Positions 40,906 through 54,784 are shown, numbered from the stretch's first letter. The stretch: DNA of 64,000 nucleotides from Escherichia coli (GCF_016903815.1 NZ_CP069973.1); one strand, 5' to 3'. Notes: generated from the sequence alone by a model not told the origin. Translations and numbers: made by a program.

Positions 40906-41946
40906 TCAGGGAATGAGCAACACTTTGCCCGGCATAGCATTACGAGCGATGTCACGCACCGCCTGGGCGAAGCTTTCAAAGCTTCCACGGTGAGCGATTA
41001 ATGGCTCCAGGCTTAACTTACGTTCTGTCAGCAACCGGCTCGCCGTTTCCCACTCCTGCCCCGGCCAAGGGCTGGAGTAGTTCATCCAGCTGCCGATAAC
41101 CGTCAGCTCTTTACGTAATATTTTGCCAAACGTTGTCGATGTTAAATGCAGATCCTGATGCAACGTGCCCACCAGCGCCAGCTGGGCATGAGGCCCGGCA
41201 ATCTCTACCGCCAGTTCGACGGTTTTCGGGACACCAGCCGTCTCGAGGATAAGCTGATTAAAGCGCAGCTCGCGTAAAACGCCCTGCATTTGCGGCGCGC
41301 TCATTTCAAGGCTGTTAAATGTTAGCATCGCCCCGAAAGATTTTGCCAGAGCCAGTTTTTCTGAGCTAATGTCGATAGCCGTCACACTCTTTGCTCCCAG
41401 CGCGACAGCGCACTGAATTGCCAGCAGGCCAATGGTTCCGGCACCAATAATAATAACGTTTTTATTCTCACAACCTTGCGCTAAATGAAAAGCATGCAGG
41501 CCAACGGTAATCGGCTCAATAAAAGCCCCATCCTCAATAGACATATCCGTGGGTAGAGCAAAGACATTTTTTCGCTTAACGACAATATATTCAGCAAATC
41601 CACCATCACGCCGCGAGCCAATAAAATCATATTTTGCGCACTGGGAATAAAACCCTTTCAAACACTCTGGACAAGTAAAACAGGGTAATAACGGCACACA
41701 GGCAACCGCATCGCCAGGGTGTAAATCATCAACACCGGATCCCACCGCATCAATATAGCCGCTAAATTCATGGCCTAACGTTATTGGATAATAATGTGCA
41801 CCATTTTTAAATATCCTGGGTAAATCGGAACCACATAAGCCCGAGCTGGCAATTTTTACCCGCACCTGATCCTGATGTTTAATTTCAGGAATGACGCTTT
41901 CTGCAATGCGCACGATACCATCAGTATCATTCACCACTGATTTCAT
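40906..41946 (-). CDS. gatD: Galactitol-1-phosphate 5-dehydrogenase
   Basis: 346 aa; Zn-dependent alcohol dehydrogenase fold (GHEFSG, GAGTIG). Confidence 0.9.
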   Translation of the reverse strand: MKSVVNDTDGIVRIAESVIPEIKHQDQVRVKIASSGLCGSDLPRIFKNGAHYYPITLGHEFSGYIDAVGSGVDDLHPGDAVACVPLLPCFTCPECLKGFYSQCAKYDFIGSRRDGGFAEYIVVKRKNVFALPTDMSIEDGAFIEPITVGLHAFHLAQGCENKNVIIIGAGTIGLLAIQCAVALGAKSVTAIDISSEKLALAKSFGAMLTFNSLEMSAPQMQGVLRELRFNQLILETAGVPKTVELAVEIAGPHAQLALVGTLHQDLHLTSTTFGKILRKELTVIGSWMNYSSPWPGQEWETASRLLTERKLSLEPLIAHRGSFESFAQAVRDIARNAMPGKVLLIP

Positions 41947-41993
41947 AAAAACTCCTGATTGTTAAGGGGGATTACCTCCCCCTCAGGTAAAAA

Positions 41994-43349
41994 TTATTCT
42001 GCGAGAACGGCTTTCTCTTGTTTAATAAAACCACGCGCTCTACGCCAGGTCATGAAAATACCGGTCAGATAAATTGCGCCGATAATAATGAAACCGGGAA
42101 TATTTTGCGGGGAGAAAACCTGAATCAGTAACCAGGTAATGGGAGAACCGCCCTGATCCATTGAAGCCACCATACCTCCGGCTTTTAACGCCCCAGCATT
42201 GGCCGCCAGTTGGGTGTGCAAACCAATAGTTTGCGTCGCGATCCACAGGGTGATGCTCATAATGATGACACCCGAGATTAAGGTGCGGAACAGATTTCCA
42301 CGATGCACGGCGACCGCCATCGCCACGAAGAAGCCGATAGTTGCAAGATCGCCAAACGGCAGCACCTGATTACCCGGCACACAAACAGCAATTAAAATGG
42401 TGAGTGGAATAAAAATCAGGCTTGCCGATACCACCGCCGTATGCCCCAGCAGCAACGCCGGATCAAGGCCAATCAGGAACTCCTGACCGCCGAACTTCGC
42501 CTGTAAACGACTACGGGCCTGCTTAGCGATGGGCGTTAAACCATCCATGATGGGTTTAATCACCCGTGGCATCAGCAGCATAACTGCCGCCGTTTTTACC
42601 GCCAGCTGCAATACACCTTTGACATCGTAACCCGCGAGGATGCCGATAATTAGCCCCATCACAAAACCCACGGTGACAGGCTCGCCAAATGGGCCAAATT
42701 TGCGCTGAATATCGTCGGCGCTAAATTTAATACGGTTAACGCCTGGGATTTTCTCGATGATAGCATCCACCAGCACCGCAATTGGCCCCAGATACGCCGA
42801 CGTACCGTGCGGAATGGCAATGCCTTCCAGCTCAAAGAAATTTCGGGTATCGCGGGCAAACCAGTCGCCGAGCTTATAAACAAACGCCGCGTGAATTACC
42901 ACACCCGCCATCCCTATCATCCATGAACCGGTTGCCAGATGCAGCAATGCGCCGGTGAAGGTCATATGCCAGATATTCCAGATATCAACATTTACCACCC
43001 GCGTCATACGGGTCAGTAGCATCGCCACGTTAACCAGAATCGCAATCGGAATCGCCACCAGCGCAATTTGCGACGCCCAGGTCATTGGTGAAGAGCCCGG
43101 CCAACCGACATCGACCACATGCAGATTCAGGTCGAAATTTTCCGCCATCGCTTTCGCCGCCGGGCCAATGGAATCCAGCATTAAGCCAATCACAAGGCCA
43201 ATGCCAACAAAGCCAATCCCGATATGCAGACCCGCTTTAAAGCAATCGCCTGCCTTCATGCCTAATATTTTAGAAAAAATAATGATGACAATCGGCAGCA
43301 TCACCGTAGGGCCGAGGTCGAGAATATAACGCATGACTTCTGAAAACAT
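41994..43349 (-). CDS. gatC: PTS galactitol-specific EIIC
   Basis: 451 aa polytopic membrane protein. Confidence 0.9.
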   Translation of the reverse strand: MFSEVMRYILDLGPTVMLPIVIIIFSKILGMKAGDCFKAGLHIGIGFVGIGLVIGLMLDSIGPAAKAMAENFDLNLHVVDVGWPGSSPMTWASQIALVAIPIAILVNVAMLLTRMTRVVNVDIWNIWHMTFTGALLHLATGSWMIGMAGVVIHAAFVYKLGDWFARDTRNFFELEGIAIPHGTSAYLGPIAVLVDAIIEKIPGVNRIKFSADDIQRKFGPFGEPVTVGFVMGLIIGILAGYDVKGVLQLAVKTAAVMLLMPRVIKPIMDGLTPIAKQARSRLQAKFGGQEFLIGLDPALLLGHTAVVSASLIFIPLTILIAVCVPGNQVLPFGDLATIGFFVAMAVAVHRGNLFRTLISGVIIMSITLWIATQTIGLHTQLAANAGALKAGGMVASMDQGGSPITWLLIQVFSPQNIPGFIIIGAIYLTGIFMTWRRARGFIKQEKAVLAE

Positions 43350-43352
43350 AGG

Positions 43353-43637
43353 TCACCCCTGTAAGATAGTCAGAATTTTATTTTGTAATGCTTCGATACC
43401 GACACCAGAAACAAAAGGCATGCCGTGAACTAACGGAATATCGCCAAAACTACGGTCAACTTTGGCGGTAGTACATATCAAATGCACGCCATCCATATAG
43501 GTTTCTATTTCATTAACCCGACACTGGATTAATTCAACAGGAATATTATGACTCTGACACAACTCTTTAATTTCTTCCGCCGCCATCGTGGAGGTCGCAA
43601 CCGCGCCTCCGCAAGCGACAATAATCTTGCGTTTCAT
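43353..43637 (-). CDS. gatB: PTS galactitol-specific EIIB
   Basis: 94 aa; [16 protein letters not shown]. Confidence 0.9.
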   Translation of the reverse strand: MKRKIIVACGGAVATSTMAAEEIKELCQSHNIPVELIQCRVNEIETYMDGVHLICTTAKVDRSFGDIPLVHGMPFVSGVGIEALQNKILTILQG

Positions 43638-43667
43638 AAATAGTCCTTTTTATTGTTACAGAGGGAT

Positions 43668-44120
43668 TTATTCGTCTGAATCTAAAACATACTTTGTGAA
43701 GTATTCCTTTAACTGGGTTTCAGGAAGAGTGATTAGTGTCTCGACGATCTCGGGCTGTTGTAACTTGCCAAATAAACAGCGTAAAAGTTTCAATTGCTGC
43801 TGCGGATTTTCCACAATTAACGCAATAACCAACGATACCGCCACGTCGTTATCATCATCCGCTTGCTGAAAATGAACTTTATTTGTTGGCCTTAACAGAT
43901 AAATGGCTGACGACTTAGCATGAATCGCCTCACAATGCGGTATTGCAATGGCGTGCTGCTCAAGCATTATCCCGGTAGGGAATTCTGCTTCTCTGGCAAT
44001 TAATGCCTGTGGCCAGGTATCATGAACCACACCTTTCGCGAGCATCTCATTACCGATATGGGTTAAAACTTCGCTACGATCGACAAAAGAAATTCCGCTA
44101 CGAACAAACAGGTTAGTCAT
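43668..44120 (-). CDS. gatA: PTS galactitol-specific EIIA
   Basis: 150 aa; position. Confidence 0.9.
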   Translation of the reverse strand: MTNLFVRSGISFVDRSEVLTHIGNEMLAKGVVHDTWPQALIAREAEFPTGIMLEQHAIAIPHCEAIHAKSSAIYLLRPTNKVHFQQADDDNDVAVSLVIALIVENPQQQLKLLRCLFGKLQQPEIVETLITLPETQLKEYFTKYVLDSDE

Positions 44121-44129
44121 ATACCGTCC

Positions 44130-46324
<2,195 letters not shown>

Positions 46325-46436
46325 TTAAATGTCGAGATAACGATCACAAAAACGACAATATGAAAATTGTTCGAGGAGTGAAAGGCAAAAAAACGGCCTC
46401 CCGATAGGGAAGCCGTAGCAAAGTGCGCGTTATTTT

Positions 46437-46472
46437 ATGCCGGATGCAGTGTAAACGCCTTATCCGTCATAC
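46437..46472. repeat. REP element
   Basis: atgccggatgcagtgtaaacgccttatccgtcatac, REP-like. Confidence 0.45.
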
Positions 46473-46499
46473 GTGGCAGTGCTGGTCGTACAAAGCACA

Positions 46500-47552
46500 T
46501 CAGGCGATAGTAATTTTGCTATCGAGATAAACGTCCTGCACGGCGTTAATCAGTTTCACGCCGTCAGCCATCGATTTCTTGAACGCCTTACGTCCAAGAA
46601 TCAGCCCCATTCCGCCAGCGCGTTTGTTGATGACCGCAGTACGCACTGCATCGCTGAGGTCAGTTTCACCGCCTGCAGCACCGCCGGAGTTTATCAACCC
46701 TGCCCGGCCCATATAGCAGTTAGCTAACTGATAACGCACCAGATCAATCGGGTTTTCGCTGGTTAACTTGCTGTACACGCGATCGTCGGTATAACCGTAA
46801 TTAATCGCTTTATAGCCGCCGTTATTTTCCGCCATTTTTTGTTTAACGATATCTGCACCTATGGTCGCCGCCAGATGGTTTGCCTGACCGGTCAGGTCGG
46901 CGGAAACATGGTAATCAACGCCATCTTTCTTAAAGGCGGAGTTACGCAAATAGGCCCACAGCACTGTCACCATGCCCAGCTCGTGCGCACGTTCAAAAGC
47001 CGCAGAAATTTCTTCAATCTGGCGACGTGACTCTTCCGAACCAAAATAGATAGTCGCACCAACCGCCACCGCGCCCATGTTGAAGGCCTGCTCCACGCTG
47101 GCATACAGCGTTTGATCGTAGGTATTCGGGTAACTTAGCGTCTCGTTGTGATTAAGTTTGACGAGGAATGGAATGCGATGCGCGTAACGCCGCGATACCG
47201 ATGCCAGCACACCGTAAGTTGACGCCACACAGTTACAGCCCGCTTCGATCGCCAGTTCAACAATGTTTTTCGGGTCAAAGTAGAGCGGGTTAGCGGCAAA
47301 TGAAGCTCCGGCAGAGTGCTCAACGCCCTGGTCAACCGGCAGAATAGAAAGATATCCTGTGCCAGCCAGACGCCCAGTGTTGTACAACGTCTGCATATTA
47401 CGTAACACCGCTGGCGGGCGATTATTGTCAATCATCACGCGGTCTACGTAGTCATGCCCGGGGAGATAAAGCTGGTCAGAAGGAATAGTCATACAACGGT
47501 GCTGTAAAAGGTTGTCGGCGTCTTTGCCAAGCAACTGCGCAATATCTGTCAT
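46500..47552 (-). CDS. fbaB: Fructose-bisphosphate aldolase class I
   Basis: Start at [16 protein letters not shown]; DeoC/LacD-type aldolase. Confidence 0.85.
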
Positions 47553-47808
47553 TACTATGCTCCCGTAAATTCCGATTGGATATCGGCTATGGATTGTCCT
47601 GGCCCGCCTTTTGCGGGCAATCATAATCCTGGTCGTTACAGGCGAGTTTTTCCATCTTTTGGATGTTTTTTCAGCGTTTTCTGTTGGCTCGATTCATCAG
47701 AAAAAATGTTACCGCGGTCAAGTTTTCACCGCAAAGGTATTTAAAAGGTATTATTAAATGGTATTGTCATCGCGTACCTTACATTACCTGTCATGAAGGA
47801 ATTAAAAG

Positions 47809-49086
47809 ATGAAAACAACAGCAAAGCTGTCGTTCATGATGTTTGTTGAATGGTTTATCTGGGGCGCGTGGTTTGTGCCATTGTGGTTGTGGTTAAGTAA
47901 AAGCGGTTTTAGTGCCGGAGAAATTGGCTGGTCGTATGCCTGTACCGCCATTGCGGCGATCCTGTCGCCAATTCTGGTTGGCTCCATCACTGACCGCTTT
48001 TTCTCGGCGCAGAAAGTGCTGGCGGTATTGATGTTCGCTGGTGCGGCGCTGATGTATTTCGCTGCGCAACAGACCACTTTTGCCGGGTTCTTCCCGTTAC
48101 TGCTGGCCTACTCGCTAACCTATATGCCGACCATTGCGCTGACTAACAGTATCGCTTTTGCCAACGTGCCGGATGTGGAGCGTGATTTCCCACGCATTCG
48201 TGTGATGGGCACTATCGGCTGGATTGCCTCCGGTCTGGCATGTGGATTTTTGCCGCAAATGCTGGGTTATGCCGATATCTCTCCGACTAACATCCCGCTA
48301 CTGATTACCGCCGGAAGTTCTGCTCTGCTCGGTGTGTTTGCGTTTTTCCTGCCCGACACGCCGCCAAAAAGCACCGGCAAAATGGACATTAAAGTCATGC
48401 TCGGCCTGGATGCGCTGATCCTGCTGCGCGATAAAAACTTCCTCGTCTTTTTCTTCTGTTCATTCCTGTTTGCGATGCCACTGGCGTTCTATTACATCTT
48501 TGCCAACGGTTATCTGACAGAAGTCGGCATGAAAAACGCCACCGGCTGGATGACGCTCGGCCAGTTCTCTGAAATCTTCTTTATGCTGGCATTGCCGTTT
48601 TTTACCAAACGCTTTGGTATCAAAAAGGTATTATTACTTGGTCTGGTCACCGCTGCGATCCGCTATGGCTTCTTTATTTACGGTAGTGCGGATGAATATT
48701 TCACCTACGCGTTACTGTTCCTCGGCATTTTGCTGCATGGAGTAAGTTACGATTTTTACTACGTTACCGCTTACATCTATGTCGATAAAAAAGCCCCCGT
48801 GCATATGCGTACCGCTGCGCAGGGGCTGATCACGCTCTGCTGCCAGGGCTTCGGCAGTTTGCTCGGCTATCGTCTTGGCGGTGTGATGATGGAAAAGATG
48901 TTCGCTTATCAGGAACCGGTAAACGGACTGACTTTCAACTGGTCCGGGATGTGGACTTTCGGCGCGGTGATGATTGCCATTATCGCCGTGCTGTTCATGA
49001 TTTTTTTCCGCGAATCCGACAACGAAATTACGGCTATCAAGGTCGATGATCGCGATATTGCGTTGACACAAGGGGAAGTTAAATGA
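47809..49086 (+). CDS. yegT: MFS nucleoside transporter YegT
   Basis: 425 aa, 12-TM pattern. Confidence 0.85.
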   Translation: MKTTAKLSFMMFVEWFIWGAWFVPLWLWLSKSGFSAGEIGWSYACTAIAAILSPILVGSITDRFFSAQKVLAVLMFAGAALMYFAAQQTTFAGFFPLLLAYSLTYMPTIALTNSIAFANVPDVERDFPRIRVMGTIGWIASGLACGFLPQMLGYADISPTNIPLLITAGSSALLGVFAFFLPDTPPKSTGKMDIKVMLGLDALILLRDKNFLVFFFCSFLFAMPLAFYYIFANGYLTEVGMKNATGWMTLGQFSEIFFMLALPFFTKRFGIKKVLLLGLVTAAIRYGFFIYGSADEYFTYALLFLGILLHGVSYDFYYVTAYIYVDKKAPVHMRTAAQGLITLCCQGFGSLLGYRLGGVMMEKMFAYQEPVNGLTFNWSGMWTFGAVMIAIIAVLFMIFFRESDNEITAIKVDDRDIALTQGEVK

Positions 49087-50087
49087 AAACAGAACGTATT
49101 CTCGGTGCTCTTTATGGGCAGGCGTTAGGGGATGCGATGGGGATGCCCTCCGAGCTTTGGCCACGCAGCCGCGTTAAAGCACACTTTGGCTGGATTGACC
49201 GTTTTCTGCCTGGACCAAAGGAGAATAACGCGGCCTGTTATTTTAACCGCGCCGAATTCACCGACGATACCTCGATGGCGCTGTGTCTGGCGGATGCGTT
49301 ACTGGAACGTAAAGGCAAGATCGATCCGGATCTGATTGGGCGTAATATTCTCGACTGGGCGCTGCGTTTCGACGCCTTTAACAAAAACGTACTAGGTCCG
49401 ACCTCGAAGATTGCTCTCAACGCCATTCGCGACGGTAAACCCGTTGCTGAACTGGAAAACAACGGCGTGACCAACGGCGCAGCGATGCGCGTCTCGCCAT
49501 TAGGTTGTTTGCTTCCGGCGCGTGATGTTGATTCCTTTATTGATGATGTGGCGCTGGCGTCCAGCCCGACCCATAAATCCGATCTGGCGGTTGCAGGTGC
49601 GGTAGTCATCGCATGGGCGATTTCCCGTGCCATTGACGGAGAAAGCTGGTCAGCGATTGTTGATTCACTACCCTCGATTGCGCGACATGCACAGCAAAAA
49701 CGCATCACCACCTTCAGCGCCTCACTGGCGGCGCGCCTGGAGATTGCGCTGAAAATTGTGCGCAATGCCGACGGCACTGAATCCGCCAGCGAACAGCTTT
49801 ACCAGGTCGTTGGCGCAGGTACCAGCACTATTGAGTCCGTTCCGTGCGCCATTGCGCTGGTTGAACTGGCACAAACCGACCCGAACCGTTGCGCCGTCCT
49901 CTGCGCTAACCTTGGCGGCGATACAGACACCATCGGTGCTATGGCGACGGCAATCTGCGGCGCGTTGCATGGCATTAACGCTATCGATCCTGCGTTAAAG
50001 GTGGAGCTGGATGCGGTAAATCAGCTTGATTTCAACCGCTATGCCACAGCGCTGGCGAAATATCGTCAACAACGGGAGGCGGTATGA
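49083..50087 (+). CDS. yegU: ADP-ribosylglycohydrolase family protein YegU
   Basis: 334 aa; coupled to yegT. Confidence 0.85.
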   Translation: MKTERILGALYGQALGDAMGMPSELWPRSRVKAHFGWIDRFLPGPKENNAACYFNRAEFTDDTSMALCLADALLERKGKIDPDLIGRNILDWALRFDAFNKNVLGPTSKIALNAIRDGKPVAELENNGVTNGAAMRVSPLGCLLPARDVDSFIDDVALASSPTHKSDLAVAGAVVIAWAISRAIDGESWSAIVDSLPSIARHAQQKRITTFSASLAARLEIALKIVRNADGTESASEQLYQVVGAGTSTIESVPCAIALVELAQTDPNRCAVLCANLGGDTDTIGAMATAICGALHGINAIDPALKVELDAVNQLDFNRYATALAKYRQQREAV

Positions 50088-51049
50088 GCGGCGCTCGATT
50101 ACACACGCTGCTGCCTGAATTAACCACGCGTCAGTCGGTGATGGTCGTCGGCGCGGCGGTCATTGACGTGATCGCCGACGCTTATGCCCTCCCCTGGCGT
50201 GGGTGCGATATCGAACTGAAACAGCAGAGCGTTAACGTTGGCGGCTGCGCACTGAATATTGCCGTGGCGTTAAAGCGCCTCGGCATCGAAGCGGGTAACG
50301 CCTTGCCGCTCGGTCAGGGCGTGTGGGCGGAGATTATTCGCAACCGGATGGCAAAAGAGGGCTTAATCAGCCTGATCGATAACGCCGAAGGTGATAACGG
50401 CTGGTGTCTGGCGCTGGTTGAGCCGGATGGCGAACGCACTTTTATGTCATTCAGCGGTGTGGAAAATCAGTGGAATCGCCAGTGGCTGGCGCGATTAACC
50501 GTTGCGCCTGGCAGCCTGCTCTATTTTTCCGGTTATCAACTGGCCTCGCCCTGCGGCGAATTATTAGTGGAATGGCTGGAAAAGCTGCAAGACGTGACGC
50601 CGTTTATCGATTTTGGCCCACGTATTGGCGATATCCCGGATGCATTGCTGGCGCGGATCATGGCCTGTCGACCTTTAGTGTCACTCAATCGTCAGGAGGC
50701 TGAGATTGCCGCCGAACGTTTTGCTTTATCCGCAGAGATAACAACACTTGGCAAGCAATGGCAGGAGAAATTTGCCGCGCCGTTGATCATTCGTCTCGAT
50801 AAAGAGGGCGCATGGTATTTCAGCAACGACGCTTCTGGCTGCATTCCGGCATTTCCAACGCAAGTAGTAGACACCATTGGGGCGGGCGACAGTCATGCAG
50901 GTGGCGTACTTGCCGGGCTAGCCTCTGGTCTGCCACTGGCGGATGCCGTATTACTGGGCAATGCAGTGGCGTCGTGGGTTGTCGGGCATCGGGGCGGTGA
51001 TTGTGCGCCAACGCGCGAGGAACTACTCCTCGCACACAAAAACGTATAG
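50084..51049 (+). CDS. yegV: PfkB-family sugar kinase YegV
   Basis: 321 aa; GAGD motif near C-terminus. Confidence 0.85.
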   Translation: MSGARLHTLLPELTTRQSVMVVGAAVIDVIADAYALPWRGCDIELKQQSVNVGGCALNIAVALKRLGIEAGNALPLGQGVWAEIIRNRMAKEGLISLIDNAEGDNGWCLALVEPDGERTFMSFSGVENQWNRQWLARLTVAPGSLLYFSGYQLASPCGELLVEWLEKLQDVTPFIDFGPRIGDIPDALLARIMACRPLVSLNRQEAEIAAERFALSAEITTLGKQWQEKFAAPLIIRLDKEGAWYFSNDASGCIPAFPTQVVDTIGAGDSHAGGVLAGLASGLPLADAVLLGNAVASWVVGHRGGDCAPTREELLLAHKNV

Positions 51050-51769
51050 ATCGCTGCGACAGTGGCTGATGCTGTACTCAATAGGCCGTTGCTGTTGGTC
51101 AAGCGCCACTTGCTTGATCACCAGCACCGGTATTTTGCTATCTAACTGAATATGTGACTGAAACTCGGCATCCGGCATCCGGGCGCTAACGCGGGAACGC
51201 GTACGTTGTGGGTAAATGTGCTGGCTGCGGAAGTAGTCATAAAGAGAAATTCCGATGGCATCAACATCATGAATTAAATGCGCAGGAACCCACGATTCCT
51301 CAATTGATACCGCTTCTTCATCGACATAGCGAATACGCTTAAGCAAAAAGACATTACTTCCTGCTTCGACCGCTAGCTGCTGCGCGACTTCTTCGGGACA
51401 TTTCACGACACGCTTGTTAACCCATAGTGTATCGGGCTTTTTCCCGCGCAATACCACCTGCTGAGAAAAACCTCGCGCTTCTTTCAACGAGTATTCGAAG
51501 ATGTTGTTGATCTGCGTACCGTAACCACGCGAACGCGTCACCACGCCCTCTTCTTCCAGCGCCTGCATCGCCTTGCGCACCGTAATGCGCGAAACGCCGG
51601 TTAACTGACTTAAATCACGCTCACCGGGCAAAATATTGCCATGCTCCAGCACCCCGCTGCGCACGGCATTTTTTACCGTTTCGGCAAACTTAATATAAAG
51701 CGGCGTGTTATCCGCCGCTAAAATACGTTCGTTCAGTTGGGCAATCAGCTGGGTATGCGCTTGTTCCAT
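51023..51769 (-). CDS. yegW: GntR-family transcriptional regulator YegW
   Basis: 248 aa; HTH then UTRA-like domain. Confidence 0.85.
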   Translation of the reverse strand: MEQAHTQLIAQLNERILAADNTPLYIKFAETVKNAVRSGVLEHGNILPGERDLSQLTGVSRITVRKAMQALEEEGVVTRSRGYGTQINNIFEYSLKEARGFSQQVVLRGKKPDTLWVNKRVVKCPEEVAQQLAVEAGSNVFLLKRIRYVDEEAVSIEESWVPAHLIHDVDAIGISLYDYFRSQHIYPQRTRSRVSARMPDAEFQSHIQLDSKIPVLVIKQVALDQQQRPIEYSISHCRSDLYVFVCEE

Positions 51770-51820
51770 TTGTCTTTTTCCTGCCAGGGAGTCTGGTGGG
51801 AGTATATCACTGCTTCTTAT

Positions 51821-52648
51821 TTAAGGCGTTTCTTTAATCCCATCAACGAATGCCTGCAACTCCTCCACCGTGCCATTAAATACATTAAAATCCACCGGAC
51901 CATTGATGCCATCTACCTGTCCACGGTCGGAATGCTGCCAGAAGCGCCAGGCCATTCCGTCATTGTCCGGACGACGTTGATAGTAATGAGCCACCCACCA
52001 CGGATATTCATTGAAATAGCCCGCCAGATTCGTGTGATAAAAAACGGCTCCTGAGTAAATAATCGGCTTTTTCCCCGTACTTTTTTCGACCATTTTTAGC
52101 CACTGACTTACCCACTTGCGTAATTCTTTTGCCGATAATTTTCCCCGTTCTTCTACGTCCAGCACGGCAGGGAAATCGCCTTGTGAGAAATCCACCGTTT
52201 GCAGAAATAATCTCGCCTGAACTGAAGCGGATACCGACGGGGAAAAATAATGATACGCCCCGCGCAGCAGGCCATTTTCGCGGCTTAGTTGCCAGTTACG
52301 CGAAAAATAGGGGTCCACCAGCTTTTCGCCTTCCGTCGCCTTGATAAAGGCAAATTGCAAGCGAATACCGTTATCGCGCATTTTTGCCACCCGCTGCCAG
52401 TCGATTCGCTCCTGCCAGCGCGAAACATCTATTCCGTGAATGGTGTAACTGGCAGGAATGCGAATAGCGAAAGATTTAACCGGGCGATAACCGTAGAAGT
52501 GGATGTAGTCTTTAATCTGAATTGCTGTCGAATAGAAAAAATTCACCGTCTGACGCGGATGAATCGCAACGATGGAAATTAGCCCAAGAGCGCATAATAA
52601 AGCGGTGAGTTTTTTTCGACTGGTGATTCTTAGCTGCATTGGTTTCAT
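51821..52648 (-). CDS. yegX: Glycoside hydrolase family 25 (lysozyme-like) protein YegX
   Basis: 275 aa; signal peptide; GH25-like motifs. Confidence 0.8.
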   Translation of the reverse strand: MKPMQLRITSRKKLTALLCALGLISIVAIHPRQTVNFFYSTAIQIKDYIHFYGYRPVKSFAIRIPASYTIHGIDVSRWQERIDWQRVAKMRDNGIRLQFAFIKATEGEKLVDPYFSRNWQLSRENGLLRGAYHYFSPSVSASVQARLFLQTVDFSQGDFPAVLDVEERGKLSAKELRKWVSQWLKMVEKSTGKKPIIYSGAVFYHTNLAGYFNEYPWWVAHYYQRRPDNDGMAWRFWQHSDRGQVDGINGPVDFNVFNGTVEELQAFVDGIKETP

Positions 52649-52703
52649 CCCTGAATGTCAGTGCCAAAGGCTGACAATAACCAAAGCAGCTATAGTACGG
52701 TGC

Positions 52704-53504
52704 TCACCACCAGGCGTGGAAGTGGTGAACCGGACCAATACCGTGACCAACTTCCAGCGTGTCGGCCTGGGCTAACGCCGATGAAAGCCAGCTTTTTGCC
52801 TCCTGTACGGTGTCAGCCCAGTTTGTATGGCGCGGGCGTAGTGCAGCCAACGCCGCAGAGAGCGTACAACCAGTGCCGTGGGTGTTTTGGGTCATAATGC
52901 GCGGTGCAGTAAATCGTTGTTCCCCCTCACGAGTAAACAGCCAGTCAGGGCTTTGCTCATCATCCAGATGACCACCTTTCATTAGCACTGCGCCACAGCC
53001 CATCGCCAACAGCGATCGCCCTTGTTCCAGCATTTCCTGTTCGGTGCGCGCGTGTGGCGCGTCGAGCAAGGCAGCAGCTTCGGGCAAGTTTGGCGTTATT
53101 AATGAAACCTGTGGCAATAATCGACTGCGCAGCGTAGCAACCGCCGAAGGTGAAAGCAGCGGGTCGCCGCTTTTTGCCAGCATAACGGTGTCGAGTACCA
53201 CGTTTTGGATCTGATAACGTTGCAACCGTTCTGCCACCGCTTCAACAATATCGGTTTCCGCCAACATACCGATTTTAGTGGTGTCGATTCGCACATCGCT
53301 GAACACCGAATCGAGCTGGGCGGCGACAAAATCAGGCTCAATGCGATACACCGACTGTACGCCACGGGTATTTTGCGCCACCAGTGCAGTAATCACTGAG
53401 CAACCATAAGCGCCAAGTGCCGAGAAGGTTTTAAGATCGGCCTGAATCCCCGCACCACCACTCGGATCAGTACCGGCAATCGTCAGAGCGTTAATTCGTT
53501 TCAT
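52704..53504 (-). CDS. thiD: Hydroxymethylpyrimidine/phosphomethylpyrimidine kinase
   Basis: 266 aa; [20 protein letters not shown]. Confidence 0.9.
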   Translation of the reverse strand: MKRINALTIAGTDPSGGAGIQADLKTFSALGAYGCSVITALVAQNTRGVQSVYRIEPDFVAAQLDSVFSDVRIDTTKIGMLAETDIVEAVAERLQRYQIQNVVLDTVMLAKSGDPLLSPSAVATLRSRLLPQVSLITPNLPEAAALLDAPHARTEQEMLEQGRSLLAMGCGAVLMKGGHLDDEQSPDWLFTREGEQRFTAPRIMTQNTHGTGCTLSAALAALRPRHTNWADTVQEAKSWLSSALAQADTLEVGHGIGPVHHFHAWW

Positions 53505-54289
53505 GCCTGCACCTCCGGCGTCAATTGCCAGAGCGCATCAAGGAAATGTGGAACAAAACTGCCTGGCCCCTCGCTACTGGCGACTGCGCGTTCTCCGGCT
53601 TGTTTCATCCAGTGACAGGCAGATGCGATATTTTCCAGCGTATCGCCTGGTAGCGCACAACAGGCAGCGACAACCGCCGATAATGCACAGCCAGTTCCTA
53701 CCACTTTGGTCATTAACGGATCGCCACCGTGAATACCAATGATACGATGTCCATCGGTAACATAATCCATCTCGCCAGTGACCACGACGATTGCGCCAGT
53801 TTCCCGTGCCAGTGTTTGTGCAGCGGGTATCGCATTAGCTGCGGCGTCAGTGGTATCCACTCCCCGTCCACCATTAGCAACGCCAGCTAATGCCATGATT
53901 TCCGAAGCATTACCACGTATGGCGGTTGGCTTATGAGACAGAAGTTCCAGACAAAAACGGCGGCGATAATCGAGTGCACCCACCGCTACTGGATCAAGCG
54001 TCCAGGGTGTTTGAGAGCGTTTTGCCTGTTCAATGGCGGCACGCATCGCCTGTGCGCGTGGCTGCGTCAGCGTGCCAACGTTAATCAGCAACGCACTGGC
54101 GATAGCCGCAAACTGACTGGCCTCTTCGGTTTCGATAACCATCGCTGGGGATGCACCGAGCGCCAGCAAGGTATTGGCAGTAAAGGTTTGCACCACATCG
54201 TTGGTCATGCAGTGCACAAGAGGGGAATGTTGGTGAAAAAGATGTAACGCGTGCGCAGATTGCGCGGAACTCAGCAGGTCGACTTGCAT
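53501..54289 (-). CDS. thiM: Hydroxyethylthiazole kinase
   Basis: 262 aa; coupled to thiD. Confidence 0.9.
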   Translation of the reverse strand: MQVDLLSSAQSAHALHLFHQHSPLVHCMTNDVVQTFTANTLLALGASPAMVIETEEASQFAAIASALLINVGTLTQPRAQAMRAAIEQAKRSQTPWTLDPVAVGALDYRRRFCLELLSHKPTAIRGNASEIMALAGVANGGRGVDTTDAAANAIPAAQTLARETGAIVVVTGEMDYVTDGHRIIGIHGGDPLMTKVVGTGCALSAVVAACCALPGDTLENIASACHWMKQAGERAVASSEGPGSFVPHFLDALWQLTPEVQA

Positions 54290-54300
54290 AGTTTGCTCCT

Positions 54301-54415
54301 GCCATAACGTGAAGAAGCAATGACCTGGTGGTCCGTGACTTCCCTACGCTGGCATTATCCAGATCAGGTGATACGGGTATTTCTCAGCCTTCACGCAGAA
54401 GGGCACCCCGAGTCG
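54301..54415 (-). promoter_or_regulatory. TPP (thi-box) riboswitch in the thiM leader
   Basis: Minus strand reads ...ggctgagaaatacccgtatcacctgatctggataatgccagcgtagggaa... containing the CUGAGA and ACCUGAUCUGGAUAAUGCCAGCG thi-box elements. Confidence 0.85.
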
Positions 54416-54511
54416 TTTGATTGCGATGATAAATCGCAGAGGAGGATGGTAATGTCCAGCGCACGCGTTGTAAACGAGTAAAAACCGCAGTTTTACAATC
54501 GCGTTAATAAA

Positions 54512-54784
54512 TTATTTGATATAAGAATCCAGCACCTTCAGAACGACATCCAGATCTTCTTCACGTTTTAGCTCATCCCCCTGGTGAACGATGTGTTCCG
54601 TCAGATGACCTTTAATCACTTCCCGCATCAGACCGTTTACCGCGCCACGGATAGCAGCAATCTGTTGTAAAACTGCAGCGCATTCGTGCGGCTCGTCGAG
54701 CATTTTCTTGAGCGCCACGACCTGGCCCTGAATCTTACTGGCACGCGCTTTCAGTTTCTGTTTATCACGGATGGTATGAGACAT
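54512..54784 (-). CDS. rcnR: Ni/Co-responsive repressor RcnR
   Basis: 90 aa CsoR/RcnR family; divergent from rcnA. Confidence 0.9.
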
